A stretch of 16,733 nucleotides of DNA from positions 1-16,733 of the IMG/VR virus record IMGVR_UViG_3300016476_000212. One strand, 5' to 3'. Every line of letters starts with the position of its first letter. The stretch's first letter is position 1. Of this stretch, positions 1 to 6,923 are shown in pieces. The position numbers and the translations under genes were made by a program. Under the pieces are notes generated by a model. That model saw only the letters and a program-made list of their open reading frames with translations. It searched no databases and was not told the origin of the DNA. Source of the DNA: a virus.

Positions 1-183
1 TGGACTTGTGCTTATTGTGGGGGTGAGGCTAACGAGGTAGATCACATCATTCCGCTTAAGCGTGGTGGTAGTGATGATCCAGATAACCTTACTGCAGCGT
101 GTAGGACGTGCAATATACGTAAGAAAGATGGGACTGTGGGCGTTTTTTTAGCACAATCTTCTACCCCCCCCTGTCTTTCGTGA
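1..183 (+). CDS. HNH endonuclease, 3' partial. This is a duplicate of 16483-16665 created by the terminal repeat, not a separate gene.
   Basis: Position 1 is in frame with the 16414 ORF (WTCAYCGGEANEVDHIIPLKRGG...). The TGA stop is at 181-183. Confidence 0.9.
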   Translation, partial: WTCAYCGGEANEVDHIIPLKRGGSDDPDNLTAACRTCNIRKKDGTVGVFLAQSSTPPCLS

Positions 184-251
184 TCGTCTCTCTCCAAAAC
201 AGTCCAAACCGGTGCAAAACGGACAGACAAAATCTATAACTCCGTCCTATT
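1..251. repeat. Left copy of a 251-bp direct terminal repeat (identical to 16483-16733). It indicates a circularly closed or terminally redundant complete genome.
   Basis: Direct comparison: the sequence from tggacttgtgcttattgtggggg to ctataactccgtcctatt occurs at 1-251 and again at 16483-16733, an offset of 16482. Confidence 0.95.
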
Positions 252-300
252 CGCCCTTTTTGTCCGATTCCAGTCCAGACCAGTCGGGGGCTAGCTGAGA
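184..300 (+). promoter_or_regulatory. Non-coding region between HNH and the large terminase; putative cos/terminase recognition region
   Basis: This is the largest gap upstream of the packaging genes. It contains two 11-mers, CAGTCCAAACC (200-210) and CAGTCCAGACC (271-281). It also has CAAAAC at 195-200 and 215-220, CAAAAT at 228-233, and the inverted pair CGGACA (220-225) / TGTCCG (261-266). In HK97-like cos phages the cos site lies next to the HNH and terminase genes. Confidence 0.4.
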
Positions 301-1704
301 ATGGCCAAAACCAAGGGCAAGACAACCCCGAGGCTTGAGACACCTAAGCGCAAAGGAAAATCCAAGGGCAAAGAGTTTGCCGAATGGGTAGCAAAATACA
401 GCGATCCGCTATTGCCGTGGCAAAAGTACGTCTCCGAGCGCATGATGGTCGTCAATAACAAAGGCGAGTACGTCCAGACCACGCAAGGGCTATTGATTGC
501 TCGCCAGCAGGGTAAGACCCACCTAGCCCGTATGCGTATCCTCTATGAGCTATTCGCTGAGCCACGTAAGAGCAGGGTTATCGGTCTATCCTCTAACCGC
601 AATATGGCCATTGATACCTTTCGGCAGGTGGTATCGGTTATTGAAGCCAACGACGAGCTTATGGCCATGGTCAAACAGATTCGCTATGCGAACGGCCAAG
701 AATCAGTAACCCTACTTGATGGCTCGATGTACGAGATTGCAGCAGCTACCCGAGATGGTGTCCGTGGTAAGACTGCCCATCTGGTATTCGTAGATGAGCT
801 TCGTGAGATCACCCGAGAAGCATGGGCAGCAATTAGACCGACGACCACAGCCACCAACGGAGTTTTGCTTACAGCCTCGAATGCTGGAGACGCATTCAGC
901 GAAGTCCTCAACACTCTACGCGAGACCGCATTGAGTTATCCGCCTAAGAGCCTCGGATGGTGGGAGTATTCGGCTGAGCCATTCTGCAAGCTCGACGACG
1001 TGAATCAGATATTGCAAGCAAACCCGGCCATTGGTTATACCACCAAGCTCGAGACGATTCAGGAATACATCAAAACCGCTAAGGCTGAGGATGCCAGGAC
1101 TGAGCATCTATGCCTCTGGGTGGACGCTATTGCTTCGCCGTGGCCTTATATGGCCTTTGAGAACCTTACTGTGCAAGACCTACAGCTCAACCCCGGGGCG
1201 CATACAGTCTTTGGCATAGATACATCCGTTACCAAGAAGAAAGCCTCGCTCGTAGCTGCTCAGATCATGCCCGACGGCAAGATAGGCGTGGGCATCATGC
1301 AACAATGGGAAAGCGACGTAGCCATAGACGAGTTGAAGGTGGCTGCCGAAATTAAGGCTTGGTGGGATAAGTATCGCCCTCGTATGCTATGTTACGACAA
1401 GTACGCGACCGCCAGCATCGCCTCTCGGCTCGAGCAATCTGGTTGTAAGGTCGTGGACATGTCGGGGCAGGTCTTCTATACAGCGTGTAGCGACCTTCTC
1501 GACGCGATAGTAAACAATCGAATAGTGCACTCTGGCCAGAGTGAGTTGGTCTCGTCAATGAATAATTGCGGAGCAAAGATCAACGATGCAGGCTGGCGAA
1601 TAGTTCGCCGACGATCCGCGGGGGATGTATCTGCTGCGATAGCTCTGGCCATGGTGGTACACCAACTTTTGAAGCCGGTCTCAAAACCTGCTATATTTGC
1701 GTAG
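301..1704 (+). CDS. terL: Terminase large subunit
   Basis: 467 aa. Walker A-like ARQQGKTHL and Walker B-like HLVFVDELRE are present. The C-terminal half has nuclease-like acidic motifs (VFGIDTS, LCYDKYA). The gene sits immediately upstream of the portal. The N-terminus is a Lys/Arg-rich tail (MAKTKGKTTPRLETPKRKGKSKGKE). Confidence 0.85.
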   Translation: MAKTKGKTTPRLETPKRKGKSKGKEFAEWVAKYSDPLLPWQKYVSERMMVVNNKGEYVQTTQGLLIARQQGKTHLARMRILYELFAEPRKSRVIGLSSNRNMAIDTFRQVVSVIEANDELMAMVKQIRYANGQESVTLLDGSMYEIAAATRDGVRGKTAHLVFVDELREITREAWAAIRPTTTATNGVLLTASNAGDAFSEVLNTLRETALSYPPKSLGWWEYSAEPFCKLDDVNQILQANPAIGYTTKLETIQEYIKTAKAEDARTEHLCLWVDAIASPWPYMAFENLTVQDLQLNPGAHTVFGIDTSVTKKKASLVAAQIMPDGKIGVGIMQQWESDVAIDELKVAAEIKAWWDKYRPRMLCYDKYATASIASRLEQSGCKVVDMSGQVFYTACSDLLDAIVNNRIVHSGQSELVSSMNNCGAKINDAGWRIVRRRSAGDVSAAIALAMVVHQLLKPVSKPAIFA

Positions 1705-1735
1705 AATGTCCGATTTGTGTGCTATCCTATAAGCC

Positions 1736-2869
1736 ATGGCATTCTGGGATCGCTTCCTCATTCAAGCACCTAAGGTAACTACAGAGGTTAAGGCTCAGTA
1801 TGCCCCTGCAGTCATGGGCGATGATTTTGGGTACTTTAACACCCAACTCATCACGAAAGTCTCCCGAGACGTTGCAATGTCTTTGCCAGCCGTCGTTAGA
1901 TCACGAAATCTTATCGCTGGCACGATCGCAAGCATTCCGCTGCATCTCTATCGTAAGTCCACCGAGGAGCGCATAGGTTCGCCTAAATGGGTTGAGCAAC
2001 CTTCACTCCACCAACCTCGCTCCGTCACGATGGCTTACACAGTAGATTCGCTGCTGTTTTATGGCGTAGCTTATTGGCAAGTTACTGAACTTTATGCAGA
2101 TGATGGCCGTCCAGCTCGATTCAACTGGATCGCGCCGACTCGCGTCACTCAACAAGTTTCACCGGACTCACAGTTCGTTACTCAGTATTACGTTGATGGA
2201 AGTCCAGTCCCCATGCAGGGTCTTGGATCACTTATTACTTTTCAGGGATTGAGCGAAGGTATTCTTAATACCGGAGCAACAATCATCCGCCAAGCATACG
2301 AATTACAAAACGCAGCACATCGCGCAGCAGTAGCACCAATCCCATCTGGCGTTATTAAAAACACCGGAGCAGACCTTAGCGAAACCGAAGTCTCTGCACT
2401 TCTTTCACAATGGAAGGCAGCGCGTCAAAAGGGATCAACTGCATATCTGACTTCAACTCTCGAGTATTCTCCGACGGCATTCTCACCCAAAGATATGGGT
2501 TATGCCGATCTCATCACTCAAGTAACAACGCAAATTGCTCGCCTGTGCAATATCCCAGCTTATTACCTTTCCGCCGATGAAAATAACAGCATGACCTATG
2601 CCAACGTGCAAGACGAAAGGAAACAGCTCATCTCGCTTGCTCTCCAGCCCTATATAACCGCTGTCGAGTCTCGCCTTAGCATGGACGATATTACAAACAG
2701 CCAAAACTATGTCCGTTTTTCGGTAGATGATACTTTCCTTCGTGCGGATACCCTCACGCGCCTTGCCGCGATTGAGAAGATGATTAACCTTGGCTTGATT
2801 ACAGTCGAGCAAGCTCAAGAAATGGAAGACCTTAGCCCGAACGGAATGAATAATGAAACTGACGTTTAA
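1736..2869 (+). CDS. Portal protein (HK97-type portal family by size and position)
   Basis: 377 aa, located between the terminase and the protease/capsid gene. The N-terminus (MAFWDRF...) and overall composition are typical of small portal proteins. Its 3' end overlaps the next gene by 17 nt. Confidence 0.75.
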   Translation: MAFWDRFLIQAPKVTTEVKAQYAPAVMGDDFGYFNTQLITKVSRDVAMSLPAVVRSRNLIAGTIASIPLHLYRKSTEERIGSPKWVEQPSLHQPRSVTMAYTVDSLLFYGVAYWQVTELYADDGRPARFNWIAPTRVTQQVSPDSQFVTQYYVDGSPVPMQGLGSLITFQGLSEGILNTGATIIRQAYELQNAAHRAAVAPIPSGVIKNTGADLSETEVSALLSQWKAARQKGSTAYLTSTLEYSPTAFSPKDMGYADLITQVTTQIARLCNIPAYYLSADENNSMTYANVQDERKQLISLALQPYITAVESRLSMDDITNSQNYVRFSVDDTFLRADTLTRLAAIEKMINLGLITVEQAQEMEDLSPNGMNNETDV

Positions 2870-4382
2870 CGCTACCGATATTCAGGCAGACGAAGGCCGT
2901 CGCCTTATCTCTGGCAAGATTCTGCCATTCAATAACGAAATTGGATATACCAACGTCGGGCGAGTCAAGTTTCGCGCCGGCTCAGTTCAATGGGACGACG
3001 CTAAGAAAGTCAAGTTTTTACTCGAGCATGATTCTAAGAAGCCACTAGGTCGCGCACAATCCATCATGGCGCAGGATGATGCCCTCTATGCCACATTCAA
3101 GGTATCCGCTACATCACGCGGCAATGATGCGCTTATTGAAGCATCTGAAGACCTTCGTAGTGGTCTATCCGTAGGAGTCGAGGTTATTGACTCCAAGCAA
3201 GTCGGAAACGTGCTTGAGATTATCAGCGCACGACTTGAAGAAGTTTCTCTAGTATCAAACCCGGCATTCAAGTCGGCAGAGGTACTCGAGGTTGCTGCAT
3301 CCGAAGGCGATGCAGTTGAAGAAACCAACAACGAAAGCGAGGCATCTCAAGTGGAAAACACCACCCCTGAGACCGTTGCGCCTGAGGCAGTAGATACTCC
3401 AGCAGTAGAAGCCTCGCGCCCAACAATCACCGCTGCCGTTGCTTACGCAAAGCCACGCATTGAGGTTACTCCGGGTGCATACCTTGAGAACACCATTCGC
3501 GCTTCCATGGGTGACGATTCATCTCGTCAATGGCTTGCAGCAGCTGCAGATACCACCGACAACGCTGGCTTGATTCCAACCCGTCAGCTCTCGGAAGTTA
3601 TCAACCCAATCGCAAACGCAGATCGTCCATTCATTGACGCAATCAGCCGTGGCACTTTGCCAGATGCCGGCATGAGCTTTGAGATTCCAAAGCTAACACA
3701 GGCTCCAACAGTTGCCGAGACAGCTGAAGGTGCTGCACCATCCGACACAGATCAAAACGTTTCTTTCTTGTCCGTATCGGTCAAGAAGTACGCCGGTCAG
3801 CAGACCTTCTCTGTCGAATTGCTCGATCGTTCAAGCCCTGCTTTCTTTGCTGAGCTTGCACGTCAAATGCAGTTCGCATATGCAAAGGCTACAAACGCAG
3901 CAGTTGGTACAGCTGTCGTAGCTGGTGCAACAGATGGCGGAAACCGCACAATGTCTGCCGCTAACCTTCTCGACTTCATTAGCGATGCCGCTGTATCGGT
4001 TTACACCAACACCCTCGGCTTTGCTACAAACGTAGTCGTATCTCCAGAGCAATGGGGTGCGATCATGGGTCTCGTTGATGGATCAAACCGCCCGGTTTAT
4101 GTCCAGACAATCAACCCACAGAATGCATCGGGTAACCTCACCCCTGTCGGTGTTCGCGGAAACGTTCACGGCTTGAACCTTTACGTTTCTCGCTCACTTT
4201 CAGGAACCGGAGACGGCTCAATCATCGTTATCAATCCAGAGTCATACACATGGTATGAGTCAAGCACTTTCCGCCTCGAGAGCAATGTCATCTCGACCGG
4301 ATCAGTAAACGTAGCACTCTACGGCTATGGTGCAATCGCTACCAAGGTCGCAGCAGGTGCGTACAAGTGGATGGTTGCATAA
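2853..4382 (+). CDS. Fusion of a prohead protease (HK97 S78/U35-like, aa 1 to about 145) and a major capsid protein (HK97 fold, aa about 190-509)
   Basis: The N-terminal part has protease-like motifs: FLLEHD (His59), GLSVGV (Ser106) and EVSLVSNPAF. An acidic Glu/Thr/Pro/Ala linker covers aa 146-190. The C-terminal part looks like an HK97-type capsid (AETAEGAAPSD...VSVKKYAGQQTFSVELLDRS...). No separate protease, scaffold or capsid ORF exists elsewhere in the window. Confidence 0.8.
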   Translation: MKLTFNATDIQADEGRRLISGKILPFNNEIGYTNVGRVKFRAGSVQWDDAKKVKFLLEHDSKKPLGRAQSIMAQDDALYATFKVSATSRGNDALIEASEDLRSGLSVGVEVIDSKQVGNVLEIISARLEEVSLVSNPAFKSAEVLEVAASEGDAVEETNNESEASQVENTTPETVAPEAVDTPAVEASRPTITAAVAYAKPRIEVTPGAYLENTIRASMGDDSSRQWLAAAADTTDNAGLIPTRQLSEVINPIANADRPFIDAISRGTLPDAGMSFEIPKLTQAPTVAETAEGAAPSDTDQNVSFLSVSVKKYAGQQTFSVELLDRSSPAFFAELARQMQFAYAKATNAAVGTAVVAGATDGGNRTMSAANLLDFISDAAVSVYTNTLGFATNVVVSPEQWGAIMGLVDGSNRPVYVQTINPQNASGNLTPVGVRGNVHGLNLYVSRSLSGTGDGSIIVINPESYTWYESSTFRLESNVISTGSVNVALYGYGAIATKVAAGAYKWMVA

Positions 4383-4396
4383 CCCATTCGTCAATA

Positions 4397-4428
4397 GTGA
4401 CCCCGGTACGAGGCTCGGCCGGGGTCAC
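4397..4428 (+). terminator. GC-rich stem-loop immediately after the capsid gene; a possible terminator or transcript stabiliser
   Basis: GTGACCCCGG (4397-4406) pairs perfectly with CCGGGGTCAC (4419-4428) around a 12-nt loop. No U-tract follows, so it is not a canonical intrinsic terminator. Confidence 0.45.
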
Positions 4429-4448
4429 CCCTAATAGAGAGGATTGAA

Positions 4449-5018
4449 ATGCCAGCAACATACGTAACAGTTGCCGAACTGCGTACGAACCTAGGCATTG
4501 GCACTCTCTATGCAGATGCAGTCATTGAGGAAGTCTGCCAAAGCGCAGAGGACATTATTAAGTCAAAACTATGGGTTAATAAGTACAATTTGGTCGCACA
4601 TTCAAACATCGGCACTACTGGAACCCTTTACACCGACGTTGTTCATGATCTTTATGTTGGTCAAACTGTGAACATTACCGGTGGTGGATCACACTTTAAC
4701 GGCAACAAAACAGTTTTGAAGGTAACACCCTACACATTCGACGTGACCACTAATCACGTCTCAGACACACCAAAGCATCGCTATGTCCCATATGCGACTG
4801 CAACGCTTTCCACCTATACCGATTATGCAACAGTCCCGGCAGTCCGTGAAGCATCTATGCTTATTGCCGTGGATATCTGGCAATCTCGCCAAATGAGCGC
4901 AACCGGTGGCATTAGCCCTGATTTTCAGCCCTCACCCTACAGAATGGGTAATACCCTACTTGCTCGCGTCCGTGGTCTCATTGCCGATTATCTTGCACCA
5001 GGCGGACTCGTAGGATGA
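4449..5018 (+). CDS. Head-tail adaptor/connector (gp6-like) with an internal extra beta-rich segment
   Basis: 189 aa. The SD GAGAGGA lies upstream. The N-terminus YVTVAELRTNLGI...AVIEEVCQSAEDIIKSKL matches the usual head-tail connector pattern. It is the first gene after the capsid. Confidence 0.6.
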   Translation: MPATYVTVAELRTNLGIGTLYADAVIEEVCQSAEDIIKSKLWVNKYNLVAHSNIGTTGTLYTDVVHDLYVGQTVNITGGGSHFNGNKTVLKVTPYTFDVTTNHVSDTPKHRYVPYATATLSTYTDYATVPAVREASMLIAVDIWQSRQMSATGGISPDFQPSPYRMGNTLLARVRGLIADYLAPGGLVG

Positions 5019-5404
5019 GCGCGATAACTACCCTACGGGGAACGCTAGCAACCGCACTAGCGAGCGCGTCGGTGTGGTCGGTGTTTTCCTTTCCGCCGGC
5101 TACACCGATTGCCAATAGCTGCGTAATTAGCCCGGATGATCCTTACATTACGCCAAGCAATGACGGCTATATAACTGTCGCGCCTTTGGTCAATTTTAAA
5201 ATTACTCTCATTAAGCCTATGCTCGACAATCAAGGCAACCTAAACGGCATGGAAGATTACATCTTAGAGCTTTACTCAAAGCTTGCCGCATCTACAGTAA
5301 AATACACCATAGGCGAAGTTTCATCACCGGCAGTTATGAACGCCGCTTCCGGCGACTTTCTGGCGTGTGATGTCCGGGTCTCAATTCTATCGAGTTGGAG
5401 TTAG
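5015..5404 (+). CDS. Neck / tail-terminator-like structural protein
   Basis: 129 aa with an ATGA overlap to the adaptor gene. It lies between the adaptor and the major tail protein. The assignment rests on synteny and size only. Confidence 0.45.
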   Translation: MSAITTLRGTLATALASASVWSVFSFPPATPIANSCVISPDDPYITPSNDGYITVAPLVNFKITLIKPMLDNQGNLNGMEDYILELYSKLAASTVKYTIGEVSSPAVMNAASGDFLACDVRVSILSSWS

Positions 5405-5406
5405 AC

Positions 5407-5514
5407 ATGGATAAGCGCACTAGATTTCTGGTCAAGATAGGCCAGATCGAGAAACCAAAACCAGCACCAAAACCAAAGAAGAAAGAAGAACCTAATGGCG
5501 ATCACGCTGAATAA
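5407..5514 (+). CDS. Small basic Pro/Lys-rich ORF (35 aa), hypothetical
   Basis: ATG at 5407 is preceded by GGAG (5397-5400) at 6-nt spacing. Translation: MDKRTRFLVKIGQIEKPKPAPKPKKKEEPNGDHAE. It overlaps the next gene by 20 nt and is below the ORF-track size cut-off. Confidence 0.3.
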   Translation: MDKRTRFLVKIGQIEKPKPAPKPKKKEEPNGDHAE

Positions 5515-5914
5515 CAAGGTAGGGGTCAAGATCGGTACTGTTGATTTCAGCGATCTCGTCACCGCCGCAACTCTCAACATGGCATTCGAGGAGCTTGAAG
5601 TTACTGCAATGGGCGACACCGCTCGGCAGTACGTCAAGGGTCTTGAGACTGCAACCCTTACGCTCTCATTCCTCAACGATCCAGCAAGCACCGAAATCCT
5701 CGACACACTTCTTACCGGCTATGGAACTACTGTCGCCGTCAAGATGATTCAGGATGCTGGCGCGGCTGTTGCAGACGGCAACAAGCTCTACACATTCGAC
5801 ATCTTGGTAAACAACCTCACGCCAATTAACGGCGCAACTGGCGACCTTTCTACTCAAGATGTTACCTTTACTGTAAACTCTGCCGTAACTGTAGCCGATA
5901 CCGGCTCATTCTAA
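5495..5914 (+). CDS. Major tail (tube) protein
   Basis: 139 aa, directly upstream of the chaperone/frameshift pair and the tape measure. The sequence pattern (VTAATLNMAFEELEVTAMGDTARQYVKGLETATLTLSF...) is typical of small siphoviral tail tube proteins. Confidence 0.65.
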   Translation: MAITLNNKVGVKIGTVDFSDLVTAATLNMAFEELEVTAMGDTARQYVKGLETATLTLSFLNDPASTEILDTLLTGYGTTVAVKMIQDAGAAVADGNKLYTFDILVNNLTPINGATGDLSTQDVTFTVNSAVTVADTGSF

Positions 5915-5924
5915 GGAGTTAAGC

Positions 5925-6182
5925 ATGGCGAGCCTCAAAATTGTCCAAACGGACGGAAATACAACTGAATGCAGGATTACCCCGGCTCTCGAGTACGCCT
6001 TCGAGAAATACCACAAAATTGGTTTTCTGAAGGCGTTTCGGGAAAGAGAACAGCAGACTGATCTCTATTGGCTGGCATGGGAAGCCCTACGGCGAAATGG
6101 CGTAACAGTCAAGCCGTTCGGTGACGAGTTCGTCTCTACCCTCGAATCGGTTGAAGTAGTCGAGGACTCAAACCCAAAATAG
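5925..6182 (+). CDS. Tail assembly chaperone (G-like, zero-frame product)
   Basis: 85 aa with SD AAGGAG upstream. It lies between the tail tube and tape measure genes and ends in a slippery heptamer. Confidence 0.7.
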   Translation: MASLKIVQTDGNTTECRITPALEYAFEKYHKIGFLKAFREREQQTDLYWLAWEALRRNGVTVKPFGDEFVSTLESVEVVEDSNPK

Positions 6183-6349
6183 ACCGGGATTCCGTAACTT
6201 ACTTGATAGCCCAATTATCAGTAGAGACAGGAATCCAGCCGAGCGAGTGGTTAGCGATGGATGAGACTCTATTCAGAGCCATCCTTGCTTACATGAAGGA
6301 GAAAGCGAGAAACACTCAAAATGCCCGTAGAAATCAAAGGCATCGTTGA
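5925..6349 (+). CDS. Tail assembly chaperone, -1 frameshift product (GT-like); join(5925..6179,6179..6349)
   Basis: The -1 frame is open from the slippery site to TGA at 6347-6349. It encodes ...NPKIDRDSVTYLIAQLSVETGIQPSEWLAMDETLFRAILAYMKEKARNTQNARRNQRHR. I read this frame codon by codon and found no stops. Confidence 0.6.
6173..6179 (+). promoter_or_regulatory. Programmed -1 ribosomal frameshift slippery heptamer C CCA AAA
   Basis: It is in the correct X XXY YYZ register relative to the 5925 ORF (aaC CCA AAA tag), one codon before the stop. This is the canonical position for siphovirus G/GT chaperones. Confidence 0.6.
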
Positions 6350-6923
6350 AGTTACTCGCGCCATGCGCCAACTTGCTCCAGATATCTTAAAAGAAATGCA
6401 AGCCGAGCTTAGGCCTTTGCTTCGTGAGACCACTAACGCGGCCAAGGCCAAGCTACCCCCTGAGATGGGCTACGAGCTACGCAATTTCAATAACCCCGGC
6501 TATGAGCGTAAATCAGCGACATCTAAGAGCCGAGCGTTTCCGTCCTATAATGTTTCTGAAGTACGCAAAGGTTTAACCTATTCTTTGGCAGCATCCCGGC
6601 CTAATCGCTCTGGCTACGTCTCGCTCGTTCGCATGATGAACAAATCAGCAACCGGAGCAATCATTGAAACAGCAGGACGCAAAGGGCTTTACGGATCAAA
6701 GCGCTCACAGTCCAATAATCCGGACGCTGGAGCGCAATTCATTCGCGCTTTGTCTAATAGCGAGATAGGGCCGCTCAAGCAATACGGAAAGAGCGACAAG
6801 ACAAAGGGGCGTTTACTTTTTGCCGCATGGTACGAACGTCAAAACCGCCTCATGCCAAAGGTGGTTGAGGCTTACGACAAGGCAGCGCGTAGGTTTAAGA
6901 GCAGATTGGACTTGGCAGCATAA
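6321..6923 (+). CDS. Structural protein with an HK97 gp10-like (neck/tail-completion) N-terminus
   Basis: 200 aa. MPVEIKGIVEVTRAMRQLAPDILKEMQAELRPLLRETTNAAKAKLP resembles the gp10-family start, and AIIETAGRKG...PDAGAQFIRAL resembles its core motif. This is recall-based and no search was run. It has a TAATG overlap with the tape measure gene. Confidence 0.4.
   Translation: MPVEIKGIVEVTRAMRQLAPDILKEMQAELRPLLRETTNAAKAKLPPEMGYELRNFNNPGYERKSATSKSRAFPSYNVSEVRKGLTYSLAASRPNRSGYVSLVRMMNKSATGAIIETAGRKGLYGSKRSQSNNPDAGAQFIRALSNSEIGPLKQYGKSDKTKGRLLFAAWYERQNRLMPKVVEAYDKAARRFKSRLDLAA

Noticed and set aside
235-240. TATAAC as a possible -10 element for a late promoter upstream of terL
   Set aside because: There is no acceptable -35 at 16-18 bp spacing (GTGCAA at best). 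The hexamer sits in the repeat-rich putative cos region. The support is too weak to call.
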